DNA of 64,000 nucleotides. Origin: an uncultured bacterium. Its GTDB lineage: Bacteria; Krumholzibacteriota; Krumholzibacteriia; WVZY01. The stretch spans positions 54,422 through 118,421 of the forward strand of contig CBDVBZ010000001.1 in the NCBI GenBank assembly GCA_965372355.1, in the 5' to 3' direction. Of this stretch, positions 10,577 to 20,434 are shown piece by piece (position 1 is the stretch's first letter; each line of letters begins with the position of its first letter). The notes below the pieces were generated by a model. It saw only the letters and a list, made by a program, of their open reading frames with translations, made no database searches and had not been told where the DNA came from. The position numbers were made by a program, and so were the translations under genes.

Positions 10577-11680
10577 GTGGTTGGTGTGGTGTGTTCTTAC
10601 TATCCGTTCATCGCGTTGCTTTTGTCGGAGGGAGCGACCCCCGCGGACTGTTTCAAGCTGCCGAAGGGACATCGCAGAACGTTTGCGTTGTTCGAGACCG
10701 AGCGCGGCCGGAGGGAATTGTCGCTCGAGATCGGCAAGCAGGTCCGCGAGATCGATTGGGATCTTTTTGACAAACAGCTGGATGCGATTCGCGCCCACGA
10801 CGTCAAGGTCGTGACCTATCGCGATCCGCATTTTCCCACCTATCTGCGGGACATCGCGAAGTCCCCTCCGATTCTCTTCTATAAAGGTGATCTCAGACTC
10901 CTCGCGCGACGCGGCGTGGCGATCGTGGGCAGCCGCGCCGCAACGGCCCGCGGTTGCAGGTTTGCCGAAACACTGGCCTCGGATCTCGCGGCGATGGATG
11001 TTATGGTGGCGAGCGGTCTCGCACGCGGCATCGATACCGCCGCGCATCGTGGGGCGCTCGCCGGTGGTGGTGAGACGGTCGCCGTTGTCGGAACGGGTCT
11101 CGATGTCATCTACCCGGCACAGAACGGCGCGCTGATGGAAGCGATTGGCCGCGAGGGCTGTGTGCTGAGCGAGCAGCTCATGGGGACGATGCCCATGGGT
11201 TTTGTGTTTCCGCAAAGGAACCGGCTGATCAGCGCGATATCACGGATTGTTGTTGTTGTCGAAGCGGCGGCCAGGAGCGGGGCCTTGTTGACGGCAACGT
11301 GGGCGTTGGAGCAGGGTCGCGAAGTCGGGGCGGTCCCGGGTTTCCCGGGGGATAGCCGGAGTCACGGGGCGAACGGCCTGATCAAGAAGGGTGCTTTTCC
11401 GATCGAGAGCGCGGGTGACGTGCTTGCAGCGGCGCCCCTTCTCGAATTGGAGGACGGCGCAATACCGAGAGGGCCGGGGCGATTGGGGCAGGGTGCGACG
11501 CCGGCGCTGACCGGCGAGACCGGCGAGGTCTTCGAGGCGCTAAGCGCGAGTGCCACGGATACCGACGCCCTGGCGATGCATCTCGACAAACCCGTATCCG
11601 CCGTGCAACGCATACTTCTCGATCTGGAGATGCAAGGGTTGATTGCCAGGGACCGGGCGGGTGGCTATCATAAGCTCTGA
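10577..11680 (+). CDS. dprA: DNA processing protein DprA (Smf).
   Basis: Rossmann-like DprA core VAIVGSRAATARGCRFAETLA...MVASGLARGIDTAAHRGAL...AVVGTGLDVIYP. Confidence 0.8.
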   Translation: MVGVVCSYYPFIALLLSEGATPADCFKLPKGHRRTFALFETERGRRELSLEIGKQVREIDWDLFDKQLDAIRAHDVKVVTYRDPHFPTYLRDIAKSPPILFYKGDLRLLARRGVAIVGSRAATARGCRFAETLASDLAAMDVMVASGLARGIDTAAHRGALAGGGETVAVVGTGLDVIYPAQNGALMEAIGREGCVLSEQLMGTMPMGFVFPQRNRLISAISRIVVVVEAAARSGALLTATWALEQGREVGAVPGFPGDSRSHGANGLIKKGAFPIESAGDVLAAAPLLELEDGAIPRGPGRLGQGATPALTGETGEVFEALSASATDTDALAMHLDKPVSAVQRILLDLEMQGLIARDRAGGYHKL

Positions 11681-11758
11681 GCCGTCCACGGGTGGGCGGT
11701 ATCGCTACGCGGGTTCGTGAGGAGAACGCTAGAGGATTGTCAAAGGCGGCATTAGCGG

Positions 11759-12664
11759 ATGTCACTACGCAAACGATTGAGCCACGTTGCCGAGTACATC
11801 GGGGCGCGGACCGTTATGGGTCTGTGCGCTCTCTTTCCCCTCGGCCTGCTCCGGCGGATCGGTGCGACATTGGGGTGGGTAACATACCGGATGATTGGTA
11901 TCCGCCGCCGTGTCACAGTGGAGAACATCTTGGCCTCATTCCCCGACCTTGATCGCGAGGAGGCCGAGCGAATCGGACTCGAATCGTACAGGAACTTCGG
12001 CCGGTCCATGATGGAGACATCGAGGTTCCCGCGGATGTCGGAGAGCGAGCTGTGGGAGATGGTCACCGTTGAGGGTGACGAGCACCCGCGGCGAGCGCTC
12101 CAGGAGGGCAGGGGCGCGATCATTTTTACCGGCCATTTTGGCAACTGGGAGCTTCTCGGTGCGACGATCGCACACGGCGGGTTTCCGGTCCACGCCACCG
12201 ATACCCGGCATTCGAACGACATGACTCACAAAATGATCATCGATCTGCGCAAATCACAGGGTGTGCAGGTGCTCGAGCCCGACGAGCCCTTTAGCGGGAT
12301 GCTGCGAACGCTGTCGGAGAACCAGTTCATCGCCTATCTGGCCGACCAGGACGGGGGGCGCGACGGGATATTCGTCGATTTCCTCGGGCGTCCCGCCTCG
12401 ACCCGGCGGGGACTCGCGCTGCTTGCGTTGCGAAGCGGCTCGCCGATCGCGCCCGTGTTCATCGTCCGGGAGGGAGAGAGTCAGCATCGCGTCACCTACC
12501 ACGAATTGGTATGGCCGGATCCGCGGCTCAAGGGCAGGGAAGCCGCCGCGGATCTCACACAGCGTTGCACCCGGCTGCTCGAGGATGTGATTCGCCGTCA
12601 TCCGGAGTCGTACTTCTGGATGCACCGGCGGTGGAAGAGCAAACCACCCGAACCCGTGGCGTAG
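11759..12664 (+). CDS. Lipid A biosynthesis lauroyl/myristoyl acyltransferase (LpxL/HtrB family, LPLAT).
   Basis: HX4E-type acyltransferase motif FTGHFGNWELLGA; family-typical length about 300 aa. Confidence 0.75.
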   Translation: MSLRKRLSHVAEYIGARTVMGLCALFPLGLLRRIGATLGWVTYRMIGIRRRVTVENILASFPDLDREEAERIGLESYRNFGRSMMETSRFPRMSESELWEMVTVEGDEHPRRALQEGRGAIIFTGHFGNWELLGATIAHGGFPVHATDTRHSNDMTHKMIIDLRKSQGVQVLEPDEPFSGMLRTLSENQFIAYLADQDGGRDGIFVDFLGRPASTRRGLALLALRSGSPIAPVFIVREGESQHRVTYHELVWPDPRLKGREAAADLTQRCTRLLEDVIRRHPESYFWMHRRWKSKPPEPVA

Positions 12665-12665
12665 G

Positions 12666-12986
12666 CTACTTCTTCGGCTCGTCAGTTTGCTGTGTGCTTT
12701 GAAAACCGATGGCGGACTTGTTGGGGTCCGTTTGAACGAGCGGTATCTTACCGTGCTCGGCCTCGTACTTGCTGATATTGTTCTCGAGCGTATTCAACAG
12801 GGCCTTGGCGCTTTGCGGAGTCATGAGTATCCGCGAGAACACCTTGGCCTTCTTCACACCCGGCAGCATGCGGGCGAAGTCTATGATGAACTCCGCGTTC
12901 GAGTGCGTGATGATTACGAAATTGGAGTAGATTCCCTCCCACTCCTTGTCGCCAATCTCAATATTGACCGTTTGTTGAGGATTCAT
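12666..12986 (-). CDS. Small DUF3467-like protein (function unknown).
   Basis: 106-aa ORF on the - strand; resembles DUF3467 members (IYSNFVIITHSNAEFIIDFARMLPGVKKAKV). Convergent with lpxL, 1-nt gap. Confidence 0.55.
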   Translation of the reverse strand: MNPQQTVNIEIGDKEWEGIYSNFVIITHSNAEFIIDFARMLPGVKKAKVFSRILMTPQSAKALLNTLENNISKYEAEHGKIPLVQTDPNKSAIGFQSTQQTDEPKK

Positions 12987-13251
12987 TCATCCCTCCGATG
13001 TTTACGGGTTGCTCGTGAAATCTATCATAACAACGCGTGTGACGCAACCACGTTAGAGGTTGGCGTGCAGGTGTATTTCATTGTTACACAATGAGTTGTG
13101 TCGATCTAATCTGCTTGACACCACCGTGCCGTTATGGTAGCGTAACCGGGCGAATCGGTGTCTTCGATAAGGTGGAGAATCGACTCCTCTAGGGCTTCTC
13201 TCTGTCCATGCGAGAGAGTCCTAAATTTTTATTCCAGAACAGATTATACAC

Positions 13252-14235
13252 ATGGCGACTCCTGGCCTGTCGAAGGCCCAAGCAGAAACTTACATCGACA
13301 GATTCGGTAAAACCCGCGTGTTCGTTCTCGGCGACGTCATGCTGGACCGCTACTTCTGGGGTCGGGCTGACCGGATCTCGCCCGAAGCGCCTGTCCCGGT
13401 TGTCAGGATAGAGAGGCGGAGCGTGCGTTTGGGGGGTGCTGCAAACGTAGCGGCTAACCTGCGGGCGGTGGGCGCCAGTGTGGCCGTCGCTGCGACGATT
13501 GGCGATGACCGTGCGGGCGAAGAACTGCGGGGCTTGTTCGAGGAACGGGGTATCGACTCGGAGCATCTGGTCGTCGAGCCAGGAAGCGAGACGACCGAGA
13601 AGGTCCGGATCATCGCGCAGGGGCAGCAGGTCGTTCGCGCCGATTTCGAACCGGACCCGACGGAAAACAACCGGCAAGAAGCGCTTTCTCGGGCAGCAAC
13701 ACAAGTCGATGGTTACGATGCACTTGTTGTGTCGGACTATGGAAAAGGAGTTATCCGCGAAAGTTACCTCGGCGATGTTATCGACGCGTGGCGCGCCGGG
13801 GGCAAGCCAGTTCTTGTGGACCCGCACATCGGACATTTCCGCTGGTACAAGGGTGCCAGCGTGGTGACCCCGAATGCCAAAGAGGCCGCGAGCTACTTTG
13901 GCGCGGGGATCAACCGGGATGATCTGCTTGGCGCGTTGGGTTTCCGGCTTCGCGAGGAACTCGGGCTCGGAGCCCTTTTGATCACGCAGGGCGAGGAAGG
14001 CATGACGTTGTTTCTCGACGAGGGAAGCAAGGTTCAGATACCAACCGATGCCAAAGATGTTTACGACGTTACGGGGGCGGGCGACACGGTGATTAGCATA
14101 CTCACGGCGGCCATGGCCTGCGGAGCCCCGATCGTGGATGGTGTGGTGCTTGCCAATAGGGCCGCCGGAGAGGTCGTCAAGGAAGTCGGGACGACCGCGA
14201 TCACGCGAGAACAGCTTCTGGCGTCGTTCACATAG
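13252..14235 (+). CDS. D-glycero-beta-D-manno-heptose-7-phosphate kinase (RfaE domain I / HldE N-domain, ribokinase family).
   Basis: VFVLGDVMLDRYFWG..., ribokinase anion-hole YDVTGAGDTVI. Confidence 0.85.
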   Translation: MATPGLSKAQAETYIDRFGKTRVFVLGDVMLDRYFWGRADRISPEAPVPVVRIERRSVRLGGAANVAANLRAVGASVAVAATIGDDRAGEELRGLFEERGIDSEHLVVEPGSETTEKVRIIAQGQQVVRADFEPDPTENNRQEALSRAATQVDGYDALVVSDYGKGVIRESYLGDVIDAWRAGGKPVLVDPHIGHFRWYKGASVVTPNAKEAASYFGAGINRDDLLGALGFRLREELGLGALLITQGEEGMTLFLDEGSKVQIPTDAKDVYDVTGAGDTVISILTAAMACGAPIVDGVVLANRAAGEVVKEVGTTAITREQLLASFT

Positions 14236-14264
14236 CCAGGCGGCGAGGAAGACCTGAGCGCAAG

Positions 14265-14738
14265 ATGAAAGGGCTGGTTTCCAGAGCGAATCTCGCTGCG
14301 ACTGCCGAGGAGCTACGCCGCGGTGGAGCGCGGGTCGTTTTTACTAACGGCTGCTTCGATCTTTTGCACCCGGGACACATCTCTCTCATCTCGAGGGCGG
14401 CCGCACTGGGTGATTGGCTCCTCGTCGCGATCAATGACGATGCGTCGGTGCGCAGGCTAAAGGGAGACACAAGACCGATTTATCGGGCAGGAGAACGCGC
14501 GGAGATCCTGTTGGCGATCAGGTGGGTTGACTGCGTCACCGTGTTCTCGGAGGACACACCTATTGAAACCATTCGCCTCGTCCGGCCTGATGTGCTGGTA
14601 AAGGGAGGCGAGTATCGACAGAGAGAAATTGTCGGTGCCACGTTCGTTCACAGCTATGGGGGGAACGTGGTCCGTATCCCGATGAAGAAAGGGCATGCGA
14701 CTCGCCGCATCGTCGCACGCCTAGCGGGCAATCAGTAG
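14265..14738 (+). CDS. D-beta-D-heptose-1-phosphate adenylyltransferase (RfaE domain II / HldE C-domain, cytidylyltransferase fold).
   Basis: VFTNGCFDLLHPGHISLI (HxGH); about 157 aa; directly follows the heptose kinase, so the pair is a split HldE. Confidence 0.85.
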   Translation: MKGLVSRANLAATAEELRRGGARVVFTNGCFDLLHPGHISLISRAAALGDWLLVAINDDASVRRLKGDTRPIYRAGERAEILLAIRWVDCVTVFSEDTPIETIRLVRPDVLVKGGEYRQREIVGATFVHSYGGNVVRIPMKKGHATRRIVARLAGNQ

Positions 14739-14798
14739 TTGCGCGGAGTTTGGCCGGCGCTGGGGGATGCGGAGGGCAACTTTCGAAAGGATTCGTCG

Positions 14799-16136
14799 AT
14801 GGCTAAAGAGAGAATCATTATCATGGGGGCCGCGGGCCGTGACTTCCACAACTTCAACACGCTCTACCGGGGCAACCCGAATGTGGAGGTCGTAGCGTTT
14901 ACGGCAACACAGATCCCGAATATCGAAGGCAGGAGTTATCCAGCGGCACTGGCCGGTGAGCTGTATCGCAACGGTGTCCCCATTGTTGCCGAAGATGACC
15001 TCGAGAAGCTTGTGCAGGAAGAAAAGATCGATACAGCCATCTTCTCATATAGCGATGTGTCCTACGAATATGTGATGCGGCGTGCCGCGAAGGTCAACTC
15101 GCTGGGTGTCGATTTCAAACTGATCGGGAATCCGGCGACGATGGTGAAGAGCGACAAACCCGTGGTCGCTGTTTGCGCCGTGCGGACGGGCAGCGGCAAG
15201 AGCCAGACGACTCGAAAGATCTCCGAGATCCTGCGTGACAAAGGACAACGCGTCGCCGTTGTGCGTCACCCGATGCCCTACGGTGATCTCGCAAAACAGG
15301 CCGTCCAGAGGTTTTCTTCGCTCGAGGATCTCGATCTGCACGAATGCACAATCGAGGAGCGCGAGGAATACGAACACCACATTGCCGACGGAAACGTCGT
15401 CTTTGCCGGTGTGGACTACGCGAGCATCCTCAAGGAGGCGGAGAAGGAGGCGGATGTCGTCATTTGGGACGGGGGCAACAACGATACGCCGTTCTACAAA
15501 CCGGATCTATGGATCGTGGTTGCTGATCCCCATCGGGCGGGTCACGAGATCGGCTACTATCCCGGTGAGACAAACGTGTACCAGGCGGACGTGGTTGTGA
15601 TCAACAAGGTCGACACGGCGACGAAAGAGGGTATCGAGACGGTTGTCGCCAATGTTAAGGAGCTCAATCCCCGCGCCACGATCATCTATGCCGCCTCCCC
15701 GATTACCGTGGTGGTCGGCGACGCGTCCCAGATAAAGGGCAAGCGAGTGCTCTGTGTCGAGGACGGCCCCACGCTGACGCACGGGGGGATGAAATACGGT
15801 GCGGCCGTGGTGGCCGCGAAGGAACACGGGGCCGCAGAAATCGTGGATCCCCGGCCGTTCGCCGTGGGCAAGATCCGCGAGACTTTTGAGATTTACCCGA
15901 AGATCGGCGCGTTGCTACCGGCGATGGGCTATGGAGATGAGCAGACGGCTGATCTGCGCAAGACCATAGACGCCGCAGATGTCGATCTCGTCGTGATCGG
16001 TACGCCGATCGATCTGGGTAGAATCGCGAAATTCTCCAAGCCGTACGTTCGTGTCGGGTATCACCTGGAGGAGCAAGGAGAGCCGACGCTCGCGATGGTG
16101 CTCGATGAGCATATCGGTGGACGGTTGTCGAAGTAG
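14799..16136 (+). CDS. P-loop protein of the cyclic 2,3-diphosphoglycerate synthetase-like family (function uncertain in bacteria).
   Basis: Start at MAKERIIIMGAAGRDFHNFN; Walker A AVRTGSGKSQTT; family assignment from memory of N-terminal conservation only. Confidence 0.5.
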   Translation: MAKERIIIMGAAGRDFHNFNTLYRGNPNVEVVAFTATQIPNIEGRSYPAALAGELYRNGVPIVAEDDLEKLVQEEKIDTAIFSYSDVSYEYVMRRAAKVNSLGVDFKLIGNPATMVKSDKPVVAVCAVRTGSGKSQTTRKISEILRDKGQRVAVVRHPMPYGDLAKQAVQRFSSLEDLDLHECTIEEREEYEHHIADGNVVFAGVDYASILKEAEKEADVVIWDGGNNDTPFYKPDLWIVVADPHRAGHEIGYYPGETNVYQADVVVINKVDTATKEGIETVVANVKELNPRATIIYAASPITVVVGDASQIKGKRVLCVEDGPTLTHGGMKYGAAVVAAKEHGAAEIVDPRPFAVGKIRETFEIYPKIGALLPAMGYGDEQTADLRKTIDAADVDLVVIGTPIDLGRIAKFSKPYVRVGYHLEEQGEPTLAMVLDEHIGGRLSK

Positions 16137-16156
16137 AGGAAGGAAGGTTCGAGTCA

Positions 16157-17287
16157 ATGAAGATTCACGAGTATCAGGCGAAAGAACTTTTTCGCAGGGA
16201 GGGTGTGCCGGTGCCGCAGGGCGAGGTCGTGGAGACCCCCGCCGACGCCCGCGCCGTGGCAGAACGCTATGGCAAACCCGTGGTTGTTAAATCGCAGGTG
16301 CTGGTTGGCGGCAGGGGCAAGGCGGGCGGCGTCAAGCTCGCCAAGGATCCCGAGGAAACGGAGATGCACGCGAAGAGCATTCTCGGGATGTCGATCAAGG
16401 GCCTGAAGGTGACCAAGCTTCTGATCACCGAGGCGGTGGATATCGCGACCGAGATCTATGTCGGAGTGATCATGGACCGAGCGAGCCAACGTCCCGTGGT
16501 TATCGCGTCCGCGGCGGGTGGTGTCGACATTGAGGAAGTCGCGAGGGAGAATCCGGAAGCGATTCATCGGCTGCAGATCGACCCGCTGTACGGCATCATG
16601 CCGTTTCAGAGCCGGTCACTGGCCCAGAAGCTTCACGACGACCAGGCGGTGGTCAAGCAGATCGCTCCGGTCATCGAGAAGCTCTACGCGGCTTTCGATC
16701 GTGCCGATGCGAGCCTCGCCGAGATCAACCCGCTGGTTGTCACTCCGGCAGGCGAGGTCGTGGCCATCGACGCGAAGGTCAACGTTGATGACAGCGCGCT
16801 TTACCGACAAAAGGAGATCGAGTCCATGCGCGATCTGTCGGCAGAGGATCCCGGCGAGACCGAATCACGCTCGGCGGATCTGTCGTTTGTAAAACTCGAT
16901 GGCAACGTTGGCTGTGTGGTCAACGGGGCTGGTCTGGCGATGGCAACGATGGATCTCATCCAGACATACGGCGGCGAGCCGGCGAATTTCCTGGATATCG
17001 GAGGCAGCTCAAACCCGGAGAAGGTTGTCACCGCGTTGAACATCATCATGCGAGACGCGAATGTGAAATCGATCTTTATCAACATATTCGGAGGGATCAC
17101 GCGGTGTGACGATGTGGCCAAGGGATTGGTGACGGCGTTTAAGCAGTTCGACAAAACGCCGCCCGTGGTCGTGCGCCTAACGGGAACCAACGAGGCCGAG
17201 GGACGGGAGATCCTGGGGGAAATGAAACTCACGAGCGCCGTTACGATGGACGACGGTATCAAGAAAGCGGTGGAGCTCGCCAGCTAG
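16157..17287 (+). CDS. sucC: Succinyl-CoA synthetase beta subunit.
   Basis: MKIHEYQAKELFRREGVPVP ATP-grasp N-terminus; followed by sucD. Confidence 0.95.
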   Translation: MKIHEYQAKELFRREGVPVPQGEVVETPADARAVAERYGKPVVVKSQVLVGGRGKAGGVKLAKDPEETEMHAKSILGMSIKGLKVTKLLITEAVDIATEIYVGVIMDRASQRPVVIASAAGGVDIEEVARENPEAIHRLQIDPLYGIMPFQSRSLAQKLHDDQAVVKQIAPVIEKLYAAFDRADASLAEINPLVVTPAGEVVAIDAKVNVDDSALYRQKEIESMRDLSAEDPGETESRSADLSFVKLDGNVGCVVNGAGLAMATMDLIQTYGGEPANFLDIGGSSNPEKVVTALNIIMRDANVKSIFINIFGGITRCDDVAKGLVTAFKQFDKTPPVVVRLTGTNEAEGREILGEMKLTSAVTMDDGIKKAVELAS

Positions 17288-17311
17288 GCGAGAGAATCAA
17301 GGAGAAATCCA

Positions 17312-18199
17312 TTGAGCATTCTAGTTGATAAGAACACGCGGCTCGTCGTCCAGGGCATCACGGGACGAGACGGCTCCTTCCACGCATCGCAGATGCGGGA
17401 GTACGGAACAAATATTGTTGCTGGTGTGACGCCGGGAAAGGGCGGCCAGCGGTTTGAGGACAGCGTTCCCATATTCAATACGGTAAAAGCTGCGGTCGAC
17501 GAGACGGACGCGAACACGTCCATTATATATGTGCGGGCGCCGTTCGCGGGCGATGCGATCTGCGAGGCCGCCGAGGCGGGGGTTCGTTTGATCGTGTGTA
17601 TCTCGGAGGGCGTGCCGGTCAAAGACATGGCCACCGTGTTGCCGTTCGTCAGTTCGCACGGGGCACGGCTTATCGGTCCGAACTGCCCGGGTCTGATCGC
17701 GCCCCATGAGAAGGTGAAGGTTGGGATCCTGCCGGTCGAGATTTTCAGACCCGGAGCAGTGGGCGTCGTCTCGCGGAGCGGTACGCTCACCTATGAGGTG
17801 GTTTTTCAGCTGACGGCGGGCGATATCGGACAGACGACGTGTGTGGGGATCGGCGGCGACCCCTTAATCGGTACCAACTTCATCGATACGCTCGAGATGT
17901 TCGAGAAAGATGATAAGACAAAGGCCGTGGCGCTTATCGGTGAAATCGGCGGCACCGACGAGCAGGATGCTGCCGACTATATATCAAAGAACATGTCGAA
18001 GCCGGTTGTGGCGTTTATCGCGGGACAGACCGCGCCCGAGGGAAAGAGAATGGGACACGCGGGAGCGATCGTGTCAGGCGCTTCCGGCACGGCTGAGGAG
18101 AAGATGAAAGCCTTCGAGAAGGCCGGAGTCAGGGTCGCCCGGATCCCCAAAGACATCGCCGTGCTTCTCAAGGAGACCGGTGCCAACGTGACCGCGTAA
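17312..18199 (+). CDS. sucD: Succinyl-CoA synthetase alpha subunit.
   Basis: [13 protein letters not shown] CoA-binding, SRSGTLTYE, phospho-His region GHAGAIVSG. Confidence 0.95.
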   Translation: MSILVDKNTRLVVQGITGRDGSFHASQMREYGTNIVAGVTPGKGGQRFEDSVPIFNTVKAAVDETDANTSIIYVRAPFAGDAICEAAEAGVRLIVCISEGVPVKDMATVLPFVSSHGARLIGPNCPGLIAPHEKVKVGILPVEIFRPGAVGVVSRSGTLTYEVVFQLTAGDIGQTTCVGIGGDPLIGTNFIDTLEMFEKDDKTKAVALIGEIGGTDEQDAADYISKNMSKPVVAFIAGQTAPEGKRMGHAGAIVSGASGTAEEKMKAFEKAGVRVARIPKDIAVLLKETGANVTA

Positions 18200-18231
18200 G
18201 CGGCGGGCAGACTGGAACAAAGGAAGGCCAA

Positions 18232-18633
18232 ATGACAACATTGCTTATGGTCAAACCGGACATCGTCGGGGAGGGGCTGTACGGCGAGATCATTGTGTAC
18301 GTGCTTCGCAATCGCTTCAAGGTTGTGGACTTGAAAATGCTCGAGTTCGACCGTGAAACGGCGGAGCGCTTCTACGAAGTGCATCGGGATCGGGAGTTTT
18401 TTCCGGAGCTGGTCAAGTACATCACGAGCGGGCCGGTTGTGGCCCTCAGGATCGAGGGCGGCGGTGTCGTGGAGAAGATCCGGGCGTTCATCGGGACGAC
18501 CGATCCGGCGAAAGCCGACGCCGGCACGATTCGGTATATGTACGGAAGCTCGATCCAGAACAACGCGGTACACGCATCGGACTCGTCGGACTCGGCCAAA
18601 AAAGAGCTTGCAATCGTTTTCGGCGACTCCTAA
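18232..18633 (+). CDS. ndk: Nucleoside diphosphate kinase.
   Basis: MVKPD..., active-site NAVHASDS, about 133 aa. Confidence 0.95.
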   Translation: MTTLLMVKPDIVGEGLYGEIIVYVLRNRFKVVDLKMLEFDRETAERFYEVHRDREFFPELVKYITSGPVVALRIEGGGVVEKIRAFIGTTDPAKADAGTIRYMYGSSIQNNAVHASDSSDSAKKELAIVFGDS

Positions 18634-18681
18634 ATTCTGTGAGGGCATCACGTAAGCTTAATAACAACATCGGATAAAGCC

Positions 18682-19191
18682 ATGATCCTCGATCTCGAGA
18701 AACTGTCCGACGAGCGGATCACCGGAGACGAGCTCGTGCTCTTTCGTGATGCTGCCGGCGAGGAGAATCGGATTCACTGTCATGTCGAGGTGGACGTCCG
18801 CCGGCAGGGGGAGATGTTCTATATTCACGCAGATCTAACTGGTGAATTCACAGCGTGTTGCCACAAGTGTCTGGAATCCACGCCGTACAGGGTTTCGTCT
18901 TCCTTCGAGCTCGTCGTCCAGACGGTGGACCGACGCTCCAGGACCGAGCCGATCTCGGCGGACGGTGACTTCGTGACCCTTCCGGCGGGCCAGAATCGCC
19001 TGGAGTTCGACCCGTACATCTACGAGAATCTCATGGTTGAAATGCCGATGACGATCGCCTGCAGTGATAACTGCAAGGGATTGTGTTCTCGTTGCGGGGT
19101 AAATCTGAATCGGGAAAAGTGCCGGTGCGATGCGACCAGGGACCCGCGCTGGAACAAACTGGGGAAGTTGAAAGACACACTGTCGGAATGA
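18682..19191 (+). CDS. yceD: YceD/DUF177 (23S rRNA accumulation protein).
   Basis: C-terminal CxxC...CxxC (CSDNCKGLCSRCGVNLN); canonical position upstream of rpmF-plsX. Confidence 0.8.
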   Translation: MILDLEKLSDERITGDELVLFRDAAGEENRIHCHVEVDVRRQGEMFYIHADLTGEFTACCHKCLESTPYRVSSSFELVVQTVDRRSRTEPISADGDFVTLPAGQNRLEFDPYIYENLMVEMPMTIACSDNCKGLCSRCGVNLNREKCRCDATRDPRWNKLGKLKDTLSE

Positions 19192-19216
19192 TGGAATGAA
19201 AGAGGTGAGCTGACCC

Positions 19217-19402
19217 ATGGCCGTCCCAAAGCGAAAGACGTCCAAGGCAAGAAAGAACAAACGACGGAGTCACTTGAAGCTGGACACTCCAAGCCTTGCT
19301 CGTTGTTCTCGTTGTCATCAATTCAAGGCGCCTCATAGTGTCTGCCCGAACTGTGGATACTATGCTGGCCGTGAGATCATCAAGAGCGACGAAGAATTGT
19401 AA
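19217..19402 (+). CDS. rpmF: 50S ribosomal protein L32.
   Basis: MAVPKRKTSKARKNKRRSH... with CxxC...CxxC zinc ribbon. Confidence 0.95.
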   Translation: MAVPKRKTSKARKNKRRSHLKLDTPSLARCSRCHQFKAPHSVCPNCGYYAGREIIKSDEEL

Positions 19403-19414
19403 GGTGGTTCCTGC

Positions 19415-20434
19415 GTGAGAATCGCTGTAGACGCCATGGGAGGGGACCGGGGTCCCGATCTCATTGCGAGGGCTGCGGTTGGAGCCGTCGAGGCCCGGCC
19501 ATCCGATCTCGATATCATCCTTGTGGGTGATCGGGATCAGATTGAGCCCTCGCTCCGGAAGTCCGCCCGGAACCATCCCAAGATTCAGATCGCGCATGCC
19601 TCCGAGATCGTGGGTATGTCGGAGGCCCCCGCGAACGCCATTCGCAAGAAGAAGGATTCATCGATCGCGGTGGCCATGCGTCTTATCAAAGCGGGAGAAG
19701 TCGACGCGTTTGTCAGCGCCGGCAACACCGGGGCCGTCGTCGCCGGATCTCTTGTTTCTATCGGACGGTTGCACGGTGTTTCGCGACCGGCGATTGCGAC
19801 ATTCTATCCAACATCCAAACGCGCGACGATATTCCTCGACATCGGGGCGAACTCGGTCTGCACGCCCAAGAACCTCGTGCAGTTCGGGGTCATGGGTTCC
19901 GTTTTCGCGGAATATCACCTGGGTATCAAGGATCCGCGTGTCGGCTTGCTCAATATCGGTGAGGAACGCAGTAAAGGCACGGACATGATACGCTCTGCGT
20001 ACGACCTGTTAAAGGACGTTGAACTGAATTTCGTCGGCAACGTAGAGGGACGCGACGTGATGGCGGGCAAGGTCGACGTGGTCGTGTGCGATGGTTTCGT
20101 TGGTAATGTGGTCCTGAAATTCTCGGAAAGCATTCTGTCCTTTACGAGTCAGATGCTTCGGCAGGAAATCAAGAAGAGCCTTCGCGCAAAACTCGGGGCT
20201 CTTCTCCTCAGACGTGTTTTCTCGACCTTTCGCCAGCGCCTTGACTATGCTGAATATGGCGGGGCGCCTCTCCTCGGGGTCAATGGTGTCGTAATCATCT
20301 GTCACGGAACAAGTTCGCCGCGTGCGGTCAAAAACGCGATCCTGATGGCTCAGCGGTTTGTCAGCTACGGGATCAACGAGCATATCGAGGAGTGGTTCAA
20401 AAGGTCGGTGAGTGGCCTTGCCAAAGTCACTTAG
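19415..20434 (+). CDS. plsX: Phosphate acyltransferase PlsX.
   Basis: MRIAVDAMGGDRGP... family hallmark N-terminus. Confidence 0.95.
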   Translation: MRIAVDAMGGDRGPDLIARAAVGAVEARPSDLDIILVGDRDQIEPSLRKSARNHPKIQIAHASEIVGMSEAPANAIRKKKDSSIAVAMRLIKAGEVDAFVSAGNTGAVVAGSLVSIGRLHGVSRPAIATFYPTSKRATIFLDIGANSVCTPKNLVQFGVMGSVFAEYHLGIKDPRVGLLNIGEERSKGTDMIRSAYDLLKDVELNFVGNVEGRDVMAGKVDVVVCDGFVGNVVLKFSESILSFTSQMLRQEIKKSLRAKLGALLLRRVFSTFRQRLDYAEYGGAPLLGVNGVVIICHGTSSPRAVKNAILMAQRFVSYGINEHIEEWFKRSVSGLAKVT

